Shown here: positions 24,566 to 37,258 of the stretch, one piece after another | Position numbering within the stretch: position 1 is the stretch's first letter | Layout of the letters: each line of letters begins with the position of its first letter | Source of the DNA: Squalus acanthias | Taxonomy: Eukaryota | Assembly: GCA_030390025.1 (NCBI GenBank) | Contig: CM059432.1 | Location: 9,796,001 to 9,860,000, forward strand | DNA length: 64,000 nucleotides | Direction of reading: 5' to 3' | Program-made: the position numbers and the translations under genes | The notes under the pieces: generated by a model | What the model saw: only the letters and a program-made list of their open reading frames with translations | What the model was told of the DNA's origin: nothing | Database searches by the model: none

Positions 24566-25012
24566 TGAGAGGTCGCACAACACCAGGTTATAGTCCAACA
24601 GTTTTATTTTAAATCACAAGCTTTCGGAGTTACAACTCCTTCGTCGGGTGAAGTGAGGAGATACAGAATCGTCAAAGCATATATAGATAGAGAACAATGC
24701 ATGTGTAACTTACAATTGCAGACAACTTAATTCAATCATCCTGACTGTTTATCTGCCGAGGTGTGATAAAGTTAATCAGGTCAGCCAGGAAGGTACCACA
24801 TCAAAGACATAGCAAGATACAACTGAGACAATGAGGTGGAGTCGCATGGGGTCTAACGTGTCAAAAGCTGCCGTCTGTATGTAAAACGATTAACTTTAAA
24901 ATTTTTACTTTTTTACTGGGAATCACATCTGTGAACAAGCCAACGACGACTCGAGTCCGGATCACGTCATGTATCGTGACATAAACCCAAGATCCCGATT
25001 GAGACCGTCTTC
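24566..25012 (-). mobile_element. Penelope-like 3' fragment with 13 bp TSD ATAGAAACATAGG
   Basis: TSD at 24553-24565 and 25013-25025; minus frame EDGLNRDLGFMSRY (ORF C-terminus); hammerhead-like motif at 24614-24651. Confidence 0.8.
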
Positions 25013-25145
25013 ATAGAAACATAGGACCAGGAGGAGGCCATGCAGCCCCTCGAGCATGTTCCACCCTTCCATTAGATCGTGGCTGATCTGTATCTCAACT
25101 CCACCTACCCGTCTTGGTCCCGTGACCCTTAATACTCTTGCCTAA

Positions 25146-25708
25146 CCTGGAGTACTGTGTGCAGTTTTGGTCTCCTTACCTAAGAAAGGATATACTTGCC
25201 TTGGAGGGAGTGCAGCGAAGATTCACCAGGCTGATTCCTAGGATGGCAGGACTGTCATATGAGGAGAGATTGGGTCGACTAGGCCTGTATTCACTAGAGT
25301 TTAGAGGAATGAGAGGGGATCTCATTGAAATGTATAAAATTCTGACAGGGCTAGACAGACTGGATGCAGGGAGGATGTTTCCCCTGGCTGGGGGCTCTAG
25401 AACGAGGGGTCACAGTCTCAGGATACGGGGTAGGACATTTAGGACTGAGATGAGGAGAAATTTCTTCACTCAGAGGGTGGTGAACCTGTGGAATTCTCTA
25501 CCACAGAAGGCTGTGGAGGCCAAGTCACTGAATATATTTAAGGAGATAGATAGATTTCTAGACACAAAAGGCATCAAGGGATATGGGGAGAGAACGGGAA
25601 TATGGTATTGAGATAGAGGATCAGCCATGATCATATTGAATGGCGGAGCAGGCTCGAAGGGCCGAATGGCCTACTCCTGCTCCTATTTTCCTATGTTTCT
25701 ATGTTTCT
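25146..25708 (+). mobile_element. CR1 3' fragment followed by a 32 bp foreign flank, nested in an antisense CR1 3' end
   Basis: ORF 25138-25611; (TTTCTATG)n tail; short duplication CTAAC on either side of the insert. Confidence 0.9.
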
Positions 25709-26224
25709 AAAATGGCAGTTGGGGTCCTATTTATCTCATAACAAAATTTCTAACAAAAATCTATCAATCTCAGTTTTGAAATTTTCAATTGACCCCCAGC
25801 CTCAACAGCTTTTTGGCTGAGAGAGTTCCCGATTCCCACTACCCTTTGTGTGAAGAAGTGCTTCCTGACATCACCCCTGAATGACCCAGCTCTAATTTTC
25901 TTCATGCATTTTCTTCCCTCCTGTCCTGAAGGCGCTGGTCCAGGCTGGAGCATGACTCACGGGTAGCAGCTCTTTGGTCCTGGTTGTCAATCTTCACGTG
26001 GGAACATAATCAGTGAATGTTGGGAGGCTACTGATTCATGGAGGATATCATAGCCGAGTCTAATGCTGCCCGCGCTCAACATCCACAAACGACATACTTC
26101 CTCCCCCGCCCCCAGGGGGTTACTGACTAGCAATTGGCAGTGGGAAGCTCGTCTGGTTCCATCTTCCTCCCGTGCTCAGGGGACACTAAGGCTGTAACAT
26201 CCCAGCTGCCTCCCTGGCTGATTC

Positions 26225-26552
26225 GTGCCGTCTTTCGGATGAGACGTTAAACCGAGGCCCCGTCTGCTCTCTCAGCCGGACGTGAAACATCCATGGCACT
26301 ATTTTGAAGAAGAGCAGGGGAGTTCATCCCGGTGTCCTGGCCAATATTTATCCCTCAATCAACATCACTAAAAACAGATGATCTGGTCATTATCACATTG
26401 CTGTTTGTGGGAGCTTGCTGTGCGCAAATTGGCTGCTGCGTTTCTGACATTACAACAGTGACCACACTTCAAAAGTACTTCATTGGCTGTAAAGCACTTT
26501 GGGATGTCATGAGGTCGTGAAAGGCGCTATAGAAATGCAAGTCTTTCTTTCT
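26225..26552 (+). mobile_element. SacSINE1-like SINE, 5'-truncated
   Basis: Deu-domain and tail as in 4478-4955. Confidence 0.8.
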
Positions 26553-26859
26553 CTGTGGCAATGACTGAGTACTACAAGCCTATATTTGAAAGGCTACACT
26601 GTTTAAATACTTACTCAAACAGAAACAGAAACAGGGAGCAAGAGTGAGATCGTGGGGTGGTTATCTGTGTTCATGGAGAGTGGAATACAACTGCTCTGAA
26701 GCCAGTTTTAGGCCCGTTCTACAGTAATTTAGCACATTCTATCTCACCCCTGTCATAATAAGCACTTGAAACCTGTGACTTGGTTTAAAGGAAGAAATCA
26801 TTTCAGTGTTTGACATTGTCATCTTTCATTTCAACAACTGCCCAGAGAAAACACACAAA

Positions 26860-27325
26860 AAAGAAAGACTTGCATTTCTATAGCGCCTTTCACGATCTCA
26901 GGACGTCCCAAAGCGCTTTGCAGCCAATGAAGCACTTTTTGGAGTGTAGTCGCTGTTGTAATGTAGGAAACGCGGCCGCCAATTTGCGCACAGCAAGCTC
27001 CCACAAACAGTAATGTGACAATGACCAGATAATCTGTTTTGCTGATGTTAATTGAGGGATAAATACTGGCCCAGAACACCGATGATAACTCCCCTGCTCT
27101 TCTTCGAAATAGCGCCACGGGATCTTTTACATCCACCTGAGAGAGCAGACGGGGCCTCGGTTTAACGTCTCATCCGAAAGACGGCACCTCCGACAGTGCA
27201 GCGCTCCCTCGGCACTGCACTGGGACTGTCAGCCCGGTTTCTGCGCTCAAGTCTCTGGAGTGGGACTCGAACCCACAACCTGTTGACTCAGAGGCGAGAG
27301 TGCTGCCCACTGAGCCACGGCTGAC
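26860..27325 (-). mobile_element. SacSINE1-like SINE, full length
   Basis: Reverse-complement homologue of 4478-4955 including the tRNA head. Confidence 0.85.
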
Positions 27326-27957
27326 AAGGAAACATGCGTTTTTGGCATCTGGGGAAAGAAAATAAGGGTAACATATGCTCAAATAAAATCCACCAATATA
27401 AAATTCTGCAAATTCTGAAAAGGCAAATAAAGTTCAACGCTTGATGAAGCCTTCACTATTTAGTTTCAGGGGAGAAAAATGCTTGAGTTGAGTTTGCAGA
27501 AGAAAAGACAATCTGACACCTGAGACAAGGATTGTGCTGTTACAGAATCAAGCTGTTAATCGGATCAGTCAGCCCCCCAGCTCGTCTGTAAGTGCTATTT
27601 TAGGTAGAACGCGCCCATCCTCCAGATTCCGCTCTCTGCACAGTCCCACTCCTGAAAGTCAATGCGCGGTAAATAACCTGAAGACAGGTTCAATGTGGAG
27701 AAGAAGTCAATTCAATGCGTGTTGGCTTAGGCAGTTTGTATTTATTTTGTGTCGATTGACTGACTTGAAAAGTGGATGTTTTCTTTGCCAGGAATGTAGA
27801 GCACATCATGTTATGAACACAGGAACAGGAGGAGGCCATTCAGCTCCTCGAGCCTGTTCCGCCATTCAATTAGATCATGGTTAATCTGAATCTTAACTCC
27901 ATCTACCAACCTTGGTTCGGTAACCCTTGATGTCCTTGCCTAACAAAAATCTATCAA

Positions 27958-29356
27958 ATATAAAAAACAGAAAATGCTGGAAATACTCCGCAGGTCAGGC
28001 AGCATCTGTGGAGAGAGAAACAGAGTTAACGTTTCAGGTCGATGACCCTTCGTCAGAACTGGAAAAAGTTAGAGATGTAACAGCAAGTGTAGGGGCAGGG
28101 AAAGGGGGGAGGGGAGGAAAGAACAAAAGGGAAGGTCTGTGATAGGATGGAAGGCAGGAGAGATAAAGAGACAAAAGGGATGATGGTGCAAGTCAAAAGG
28201 AGATTGTAATGGGACAAGTTAAGAAACAAAAGATGACTCTAGATGAAGTGTAAATGGCAATGGCAGAATGAAAGACAGCTGCCATGTGAGAGAGAGAAAA
28301 AAAATGAAAAAATGATAGGGGCAGAGGTTATGGACTGAAATTGTTGAACTCGATGTTGAGTCCAGAGGGCTGTAAAGTGCCTAATCGAAAGATGAGGTGC
28401 TGTTCCTCGAGCTTACGTTGAGCTTCATTGGAACAGTGTAAGAGGCCGAGGTATACTAAATTGCAAAAAGTACAAGTAAATCGCTGTTTCACCTGGAAGG
28501 AGTGTTTGGGGCATGTGGGCAGTGGACAGTGGGAAGGGAGGAGGTAAAAGGGTATGTGTTGCATCTCCTGTGCTTGCACGTGAAGGTGCCAGGAGAAGGG
28601 GAAGGGGTTTTGGGGGTGATAGAGGAGTGGACCAGGGTGTCGCGGAGGGAGCGGTCCCTTCACAATGCTGAAAGGGGAGGTGAGGGGAAGATGTATTTGG
28701 TGGTGGGATCACGCTGGAGGTGGCGGAAATGGCGGAGGATGATTTGTTGAATGTGGAGGCTGGTGGGGTGAAAGGTGAAGACAAGAGGAATTCTATCGTG
28801 GTTCCGGGAGGGAGGGGAAGGGGTGAGGGCAGAAGTGCGGGAAATAGAACAGACACGGTCGAGGGCCGTGTCAACCATGGTAGAGGGGAATCCTCGGTTG
28901 AGGAAAAAGGAAGACATGTCGGAAGCACTAGTATGGAAGGTGGCATCGTCAGAGCAGATGCGGCGGAGACGGAGAAAACTGGGAGAATGGAATAGAGTCC
29001 TTACAGGAAGCGGGGTGGGAGGAAGTGTAGTCCAGGTAGCTGTGGGAGTCAGTGGGCTTGTAGTGAATGTTTGTCAATAGCCTATCCCCAGAGATGGAGA
29101 CATAGAAGTCGAGGAAGGGAAGGGAAGAGTCGGAGATAGAACATGTGAAGGTGAGGGAAGGGTGGAAATTGGAAGCAAAGTGAATGAAATTTTCTAGTTC
29201 AGGGCGAGAGCAGGAAGCGGCACCAATACAGTCATCAATGTACCGGGAAAAAGAGGTGAGGGAGGGGACCCGAGTAGGACTGGAAGAAAGAATGTTCCAC
29301 ATATCCCACGAAAAGGCAGGCATAGCTAGGACCCATGCAGGTTCCCAGAGCAACAC
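27958..29356 (-). mobile_element. Penelope-like retroelement, 5'-truncated and decayed (RT C-terminus, GIY-YIG remnant, pseudo-LTR)
   Basis: RYIDDCIG...FHPSLTFT...LPFLD...HYKPTDSHSYLDYTSSHP; RKLEEQHLIFRLGTLQPSGLN at the end; hammerhead motif in the pseudo-LTR. Confidence 0.9.
28024..28060 (-). ncRNA. Minimal type I hammerhead ribozyme motif (Penelope pseudo-LTR)
   Basis: Minus strand AGUU-CUGACGA-AGGGUCAUCGACCU-GAAA-CG-UU-AACU: stem I AGUU/AACU, intact core, palindromic stem III. Confidence 0.75.
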
Positions 29357-30017
29357 TTCAATTTCTACGCCAGCGGATCCTTCCATCTGCAGCAGGAGAC
29401 ACATCTAACATTTCGCAGTTCGCCATCCATTGCTGCATCCGGGAGGTCACGGAGACTCTCTACAGAAGGAGAAGGGACTACATTTCCTTCCCCATCATCA
29501 GAGAGAAGCAGGACGTGCGTGCTTGTGGCTTTGCCAGGACAGTGGGCTTCCCCATGGTGCAGGGCGCCATTGACCACACCCACGTCGCTTTGCGGGCACC
29601 GCATAATAATCCTGACATCTTTCATAACCACAAAGGCTACCATTCACTTAATGTCCAGTTGGTGTGCAACTACAGACAGCAAATCCTCAATGTCAATGCC
29701 CGCTATCCTGGCAGCAGCCACGATGCCTTCATCCTGCGCCAGAGCGGTGTGCCAGCACTCTTCCAGCTACCACGTCAAGCTCACGGCTGGCTGGTCAGAG
29801 ACAAGGGCTATCCGCTCTCCACCTGGCACATGACTCCCCTCCGCAACCCCAACACTCTCATATAATGAGAGCCATGCCACTACCAGGAACATCATCGAGC
29901 AGACCATCGGAGTGCTCAAACAACGGTTCCACTGCCTTGACCGCTTGAGAGGAGCCCTCCAGTACTCGGCTGAGTGGGTGGCCCATTTTGTCGTCGTCTG
30001 CTGCATGCTCCACAAGG
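29357..30017 (+). pseudogene. Harbinger (HARBI1-like, DDE_Tnp_4) transposase fragment
   Basis: GFPMVQGAIDHTHV, NHKGYHSLNVQLVC, YPGSSHDAFIL, DKGYPL; after a frameshift YNESHATTRNIIEQTIGVLKQRF. Confidence 0.92.
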
Positions 30018-30019
30018 AC

Positions 30020-31650
30020 AATGGCAGAGTGGCAGTGGTGGGAGCAGGAATGCTGTCATCCTGAGAGAGGACAGCAGGTTCCTGCTCCACTGACCCACTG
30101 TCACTCCCCCGGGGCAGCACCTCAGCATCCCTAGCAATAAGTTGCAGCACAGATTGCTGATCTGCTGCGACACCGTGGTAGACCCCGTCATGATGGCAGC
30201 AGTCAGAGTTTGCATGGCGTCAAGCTGAGACTGCATGAGAGCAGTCTGAGATTGGATGCCACCAAGCATAGACTGCATTACAGCACTAAGACGTTGCGTG
30301 GCTTCCGCCTGTGCTGCAATGGAAGCTGCCAGATCGCCCATCACAGGTGGCATCAGGTCTGGGTCGCCAGTCTCTCTGGGAGTCTACCATCCTTTGCAGA
30401 TTGGAAATGATGGGCTCCATGGTGTGTGCAGAGCCTTGTGCAATGTTGGAGGTAAACTCCTCCACACTTCTTAACATTGCCGAGAGGCTCTCGGGCACCC
30501 TTGCCATTGCACCTATCACCTCGGTGTGCATGGCCATCACCCTTCTTCTAAACGCCTCCCCATCGAGGTCCTTATCTCAGTCCTGTGCAGCAGAACTCGC
30601 GCGCGAACTCGCCCTCTGGTGAGCTGGCCCCCGAGCTACCCTCTCCCCCTGGCCTTGCTGCAGCCCACCCGTCCCCGGTACCTCACCCTGTGCAGATCCT
30701 GCTACTATACCAGCCTCTAAAGAACGCGTAATGCCAGTGTCTGAGCTGGTGTCTGTGGGTGAGACATGCAGTGATGTGGTGTGTTCTTCCTCCTCCTCTT
30801 CTCCTGCCTCGCTCTCTATGGTGCCCTCTGGGATAGGCTGCTCAGCTGCTTGCTGATTATCTGAAAGCATAAAAGCACAAGCGTCGGTTAAGGTGAGGGG
30901 AGGGGGGCAGGAAGGGAGAAAGGCATGTATACAGCATGATTAGCTGGAAAGTGCGAAATGCTTGTGGGGTGAGGGGGAAGTGAGATGTGAGAAGTAGGAG
31001 TCGGGATGAACATACCATTGTTGTCCCCAAGGGGGTGAACATTGCCAGTGGCCACGGCGCCCACTACCAAGTGCCCAATAATCTGCAGCACTCTATTTTC
31101 CAGCGCAGACAGTGGTTGGGTGTCGGCTTGTCCCCGCCTGTGCGCTCCTGCTCCCTCTTGTTGTGAGCCACCTTGGCCTGCAAGAGAAAGGAAAGTGTGT
31201 GAGTGAGTGTGGTGCAATGTGTTTGGGTGATGTGCCTGCCATAGTTGAATAGCTGCCGTTGTGTGCCAGGTGTGAGCTGTGGGTGTGAGTGTTGGTAGAT
31301 AGAGATTGTTGGTGGGTGAGTGCTGGGGGTGTAGTGCTTTGGCCACTGTGTGCAGATTGTGGTTCAGATGGTGGTATGTAGCATTTGTTGAAGCATTCGC
31401 TCACCCTGACCACCCGAGTGAGGTTGTTAAATTTCTTCCTGCACTGTGTGTGGGTCCTGGGGACCACAGTGCTGCCCGAGACCTGCTGGGCAACCTCCCT
31501 CCACATGGTGCGGAAGACTTGCGGCGAGGGCCTCCTGCCACTTGTCGGGTACAGCACCGCCCTCCGTCTCTCCACAGCGGACAGCAACTCCTCCAATGCT
31601 TGGTCGCAGAATCTGTGGGCTCTCTCCCTGGGGTGTGGATCTGCCATCAT
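30020..31650 (-). pseudogene. Harbinger Myb/SANT-like gene, spliced (exons about 31650-31405, 31177-31016, 30860-30020), decayed
   Basis: RAHRFCDQALEELL...WREVAQQVS...RTHTQCRKKFNNL; GT-AG introns shared with copy A; acidic and coiled-coil-like third exon. Confidence 0.8.
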
Positions 31651-31964
31651 GACACCTGCTTGAGTCGTCTGGCTCCTTGGGCTTGGCCTGCTCCTGCTTG
31701 CTGACACACGTTCACAGCCAGCAATGCTGAGAATGAGGTTCTGCAGCATCAATGAACCTCCCCTCTAAGAACTGGAAAGTGCCTATGGCAATCATGACTT
31801 GCGATTAGACTGCACCTGATATTGGTTAGTGTTTTGAATGTAGCACCACTGAGCTAGGCCATTAGCGCTTGATTTAGCACTTCAATCATTTCTTTGAGCG
31901 ATGAGACTCAATTTTGCGTGCAGCGTGATTCATTAGCGCCTGGCACTAATTTTCAAACTTTTCA

Positions 31965-32868
31965 TAGAACATAGACATAGAAAACATAGAAAAATAGGAG
32001 CAGGAGTAGGTCATTCAGCCCTTCGAGCCCGCTCCGCCATTCAATATGATCATGGCTGATCCTCTATATCAATACCATATTCCCGCTCTCTCCCCATATC
32101 ACTTGATGCCTTTTGTGTCTAGAAACCTATCTATCTCCTTCTTAAATATATTCAGTGACTTGGCCTCCACAGCCTTCTGTGGTAGAGAATTCCACAGGTT
32201 CACCACCCTCTGAGTGAAGAAATTTCTCCTCATCTCAGTCCTAAATGTCCTACCCCGTATCCTGAGACTGTGACCCCTTGTTCTAGATCCCCCAGCCAGG
32301 GAAAACATCCTCCCTGCATCCAGTCTATCTAACCCTGTCAGAATTTTATACATTTCAATGAGATCCCCACTCATTCTTCTAAACTCTAGTGAATACAGGA
32401 CTAGTCGACCCAATCTCTCCTCATATGACAGTCCTGCCATCTAGGAATCAGTCTGGTGAACCTTCGCTGCACTCCCTCTATGGCAAGTATATCCTTTCTT
32501 AGGTAAGGAGGCCAAAACTGCACACAGTACTCCAGGTGTGGTCTCACCAAGGCCCTGTATAACTGTAGTAAGACATCCTTGCTCCTGTACTCAAATCCTC
32601 TTGCAATGAAAGCCAACATACCATTTGCCTTCCTAACTGCTTGCTGCACCTGCATGTTTGCTTTCAGTGACTGGTGTACAAGGACACCCAGGTCCCTTTG
32701 TACATCAACATTTCCCAATCTATCACCATTTAAATAATACTCTGCCTTTCTGTTTTTCCTACCAAAGTGGATAACTTCACATTTATGCACTTTATACTGC
32801 ATCTGCCATGCATTTGCCCACTCACTCAAATTGTCTAAATCTCTTTGAAACCTCTTTGCATCCTCCTC
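31965..32868 (-). mobile_element. CR1 3' fragment inside Harbinger B, flanked by an ACTTTTCA duplication
   Basis: ORFs 32099-32440 and 32401-32877; ACTTTTCA at 31957-31964 and 32869-32876. Confidence 0.9.
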
Positions 32869-33635
32869 ACTTTTCAAAAGTTACTGCCCATTCCTGGGCT
32901 ATAATGAATTTCTCCCCCTAAGACTTGGGGCATAGTCTAAAAGTTAGAGCCAGGCTTTTCAGGAGTGAAATTAGGAAACACACAAAGGGTGGTAGAAGTT
33001 TGGAACTCTCTTCTGCGAACAGCAATTGATGCCAGATCAATTGTTAATTTTAAATCGGAGATTGATACATTTTTGTTAACCAAAGTATTAAGGGATAGGG
33101 GGCAAAGGCGGGTTTATGGAGTTAGGTCACAGATCAGCCATGATCTCACTGAATGGCGGAACAAGCTCGAGGGGCTAAAAGGCCTCCTCCTGTTCCTATG
33201 TTCTTACGTTCTCCTGTTACTCATTGCCCCTTGCTGGAAATGTGCAGACGTTAAACAAGGACACAATCAAGCTCTCACAGGACGCAGTTGGTTGTAACGT
33301 CCCCGATGCTCAAAAAGGCCGACTGATCCTCAAACATCTACGCATGAAAGAATGGGCCCTTTGGCAAGGTGCCAGACGATCGCCAGCACCCACAGAACGC
33401 AATCCCAGCTGGGAGTCGATGCCTTCAGGAGAGAAAAGGAGGGCATTGGAAAAAACAATAAAAATGACTTCGACGAAAAGCACAACACTGCGGATGCTGG
33501 AAACCTAAAATTAAAGCAGATAATGCTGGGAAAACACTCAGCAGGTCAGGTTAGCATCTGTGGAGAGGGAAAGCCAGAGTTAACGTTTCACATCGGAGAC
33601 AAACAACACTTAAAACAGATCATCTGATCATAAGA

Positions 33636-34290
33636 AGGTAAATGGTATGTTGGCATTCATAGCGAGAGGATTCGAGTACAGGAGCAAGGATGTCTTGCTG
33701 CAGTTGTACAGGGCCTTGGTGAGACCACACCTTGAGTACTGTGTGCAGTTTTGGTCGCCTTATCTGAGGAAGGATGTTCTTGCCATGGAAGGAGTTCAGC
33801 GAAGATTCACCAGGCTGATACCTGGGATGGCAGGAATGACGTATGAGGAGAGATTGGGTCGATTGGGCTTATACTCGCTGGAGTTTAGAAGAATGAGAGG
33901 GGATCTCATTGAAACTTATAAAATTCTGACAGGACAGGACAAACTAGATGCAGGAAGGATGTTCCCGATGGTCGGGGAGTCCAGAACCAGGGCTCACAGT
34001 CTAAGGATAAGGGGTAAGCCATTTAGGACTGAGATGAGGAGGAATTTCTTCACCCAGAGAGTGGTGAACCTGTGGAATTCTCTACCACAGAAGGCAGTAG
34101 AGGCCAATTCATTAAATAGATTCAAGAAGGAGTTGGATATATTTCTTAAGGCTAAAGGGATCAAGGGATATGGGGAGAAGGCAGGGACAGGGTACTGAAT
34201 TTGGATGATCAGCCATGATCGCATTGAATGGCGGAGCAGGCTAGAGGGGCTGAATGGCCGACTCCTGCTCCTATCTTCTATGATTCTATG
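33636..34290 (+). mobile_element. CR1 3' fragment
   Basis: ORF 33647-34198 is an open CR1 ORF2 C-terminus; ATTCTATG tail. Confidence 0.92.
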
Positions 34291-35956
34291 AGTGTATGAT
34301 TGTCACATTGCTGTTTGTGGGAGCTTGCTGTGCGGAGATTGGCTGCCGTGTTTCCCACATTACAACAGTGACTACACTTCAGAAGTACTTTATTGGCTGT
34401 AAAGCGCTTTGGGACATCCTGGTGACATGAAAGGCGCTGTAGAAATACAAGGTTCTATTTTGCTTTCTGTTCTTTCTCCACAGATGCTGCCTGACCTGCT
34501 GAGTTTTTTTTCCAGTATTTCCTGGGGTTTTTTTCATTTAATAAAACGACTTGTGCAGAACATATTTTCTTTCAGTGGTACTTTCTTCCCCCCCCCTAAT
34601 AGTCAGTATTGCTACACTCCCATCAATGTAAGTGCAGTGATCTATCTATTATTAATGTCCTTTGACAGTGGATAACCCTGAGCTCTCCTATTTCTTCTGA
34701 CTCCATGCACAAGTTCCCACTACTGTCCTTGACCGGCCCTACCCTCACCCTGGTCATTCTTTTATTTCTCACATAAGAGTAAAAGGCCTTGGGGTTTTTC
34801 TTGATCCGACCCGCCAAGGACTTCTCATGCCCCCTCCTAGCTCTCCTAAGCTCTTTTTTTAGCTCATTCCTTGCTACCTTGTACCCCTCAATCGACCCAA
34901 CTGAACCTTGTTTTCTCATCCTTACATACGCTTCCTTTTTCCTCTTGACTAGACATTCAACCTCTTTTGTGAACCATGGTTCTCTCACTCGGCCATTTCC
35001 TCCCTGCCTGACAGGGACATACCTATCAAGGACACGCAGTAATTGCTCCATGAAAAAGCTCCACTTTTCGTTTGTGCCTTTCCCTGATAGTTTCTGTTCC
35101 CATCTTATACTCCCTAATTCTTGCCTAATCGCATCATAATTACCCCTCCCCCAATTATAAACCCTGCCTTGCCGTATGGCCCTATCCCTCTCCATTGCAA
35201 TAGTGAAAGTTACCGAATTGTGGTCACTATCTCCAAAGTGCTCTCCCACATACAAATCAAACACTTGGCCCGGTTCATTACCCAGTACCAAATCCAACGT
35301 GGCCCCAGCTCTTGTCGGCCTATCCACATATTGTGTCAGGAAACCCTCCTGCACACACTGTGCAAAAACTATCCCATCCGAACTGTTTGACCTATAAAGG
35401 TTCCAATCAATATTTGGAAAGTTGAAGTCACCCATGACAACTACTCTGTGACCTCCACACCTATTCATAATCTGCTTTGCAATTTCTTCCTCCACATCTC
35501 TATTACTATTTGGGGGCCTGTAGAAAACTCCTAACAACGTGACCGCTCCTTTCCTATTTCTAACTTCAGCCCATATTACCTCAGACGGCAGATCCCCCTC
35601 GAACTGCCTTTCTGCCGCTGTTAAACTATCCTTGATTAACAATGCTACTCCTCCACCTTTCTTACCAACTTCCCTACTCTTACTGAAACATCTATACCCC
35701 GGAACTTCCAACAACCATTCCTGTCCCTGTTCTAACCATGTCTCCGTAATGGCCACCACATCGTAGTCCCAAGTACCAATCCACGCTCCAAGTTCTCCTA
35801 CCTTATTCCGGATGCTCCTTGCATTGAAGTAGACACACTTCAAGCCATCTTCCTGTCTGCCGGTACATTCCTGCGACCTTGATACCCTCCTCAGTACCTC
35901 CCTACACTCACCACTGGCTCCTGGACTACAGCCCTTTTTCCCATCCCCCTGACAAA

Positions 35957-36883
35957 TTAGTTTAAACCCCCCCGAAGAGCCGTAGCAAATTTCCCTCCCA
36001 GGATATTGGTGCCCCTCTGGTTCAGGTGCAAACCGTCCTGTTTGTACAGGTCCCACCTTCCCCAGAATGTGCTCCAATTATCCACATAACTGAAACCCTC
36101 CCCGCTACACCATCCCTGCAGCCACGTGTTTATCTGCACTCTCTCCCTGTTCCTCAACTCGCTAGCACGTGGCACCGGCAACAAACCAGAAATTACAACA
36201 TGGTTTGTACTGGCTCTCAGCTTCCAACCTAGCTCCCTAAATTCCTGTTTTAAATCCCCGTCCCTTCTCCTACCTATGTCGTTGGTACCGATGTGTACCA
36301 CGACTTGTGATTGTTCCCCCTCCCCTTTGAGGATTCTGAAAACACGGTCCGAGACGTCACGGACCCTGGCACCCGGGAGGCAACATACCATCCGTGAGTC
36401 TCTTTTGCTGCCACAGAACCTCCTATCTGTCCCTCTGACTATTGAGTCCCCAATAACTATTGCTCTCCTGCTCTCCCCCCTTCCCTTCTGAGCCACAGGG
36501 ACGGACCCAGCGCCGGAGATCCGGTCACCATGGCTTACCACTGGTAAGTCGTCCCCCTCAACAGTATTCAAAGCGGTATACCTGTTACTGAGGGGAACGA
36601 CCACAGAGGATCCCTGCACTGACTGCTTCCTCCTAGCCCCTCTCACCGTCACCCATCTATCTTCATGCTTTGGAGTAATTACATCCCTGAAGCTTCTATC
36701 TATGACCTCCTCTGCCTCCCGAATGATCCGAAGTTCATCCAGCTCCAGCTCCAGTTCCCTAACACGGTTTTCGAGGAGCTGGAGATGGGTGCACTTCCCA
36801 CAGGTGTAATCAGCAGGGACACCTACGGCGTCCCTCACCTCAAAAGTTCTGCAGGAGGAACATTTCACTGCCTCCCCTGCCAT
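35957..36883 (-). CDS. CR1 ORF1p (zinc finger, coiled coil, SGNH esterase), open 308 aa
   Basis: CSSC..CGKC, VIGDSIVRG, CLPGA, HIGTND and DGLHLN blocks are all present with no stop. Confidence 0.9.
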   Translation of the reverse strand: MAGEAVKCSSCRTFEVRDAVGVPADYTCGKCTHLQLLENRVRELELELDELRIIREAEEVIDRSFRDVITPKHEDRWVTVRGARRKQSVQGSSVVVPLSNRYTALNTVEGDDLPVVSHGDRISGAGSVPVAQKGRGESRRAIVIGDSIVRGTDRRFCGSKRDSRMVCCLPGARVRDVSDRVFRILKGEGEQSQVVVHIGTNDIGRRRDGDLKQEFRELGWKLRASTNHVVISGLLPVPRASELRNRERVQINTWLQGWCSGEGFSYVDNWSTFWGRWDLYKQDGLHLNQRGTNILGGKFATALRGGLN

Positions 36884-37077
36884 CCCCTCCAGCTAACTTG
36901 CAGATTAAACTAGAACAAAAAAGAGCTTACCTGATAGTCACTCACCTCCTTTAGGTTAGAGGGGGAGGAAGGGTGGGGGACACTACAAGTGTAGTGTCTC
37001 GGGTTTAGGAACCGCCCAACTTATATACAGGTAAAAATTAATCACCTACCCAGCAACCACTGCGTCCCGCACTTTAG

Positions 37078-37257
37078 CCGCCTCTGTGGGCCTACCTGGT
37101 CGCCGCCGCCTCTTGAGTCCTCCGCCTCACCGCAGCCGCTCCACCCAGGTCCGCCGCCTCTGTGGGCCTACCTGGTCGCCGCCGCCTCTTGAGTCCTCCG
37201 CCTCGCCGCAGCCGCTCCACCCAGGTCCGCCGCCTCTGTGGGCCTACCTGGTCGCCT
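37078..37257. repeat. Tandem repeat, about 77 bp unit, about 2.3 copies, in CR1 5' UTR
   Basis: CCTCTGTGGGCCTACCTGGTCGCC recurs near 37081, 37157 and 37233. Confidence 0.9.
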
Positions 37258-37258
37258 T

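Larger units (their letters stand above)
29357..32918 (-). mobile_element. Harbinger DNA transposon B, left end missing
   Basis: TIR GAATTTCTCCCCC followed by TAA at 32919-32921; convergent transposase and Myb-like genes; homologous to element A. Confidence 0.85.
34684..37258 (-). mobile_element. CR1 5' half: 5' UTR, intact ORF1 and APE endonuclease part of ORF2; 3'-truncated
   Basis: ORF 34623-36077 has YFNARSI, ITETWL, YRPP, MGDFN, LDLVL and SDH APE motifs; no RT follows. Confidence 0.95.

Noticed and set aside
29335..29865. Host HARBI1 gene
   Set aside because: Frameshifted, truncated and embedded in a transposon with a TIR and a Myb partner.
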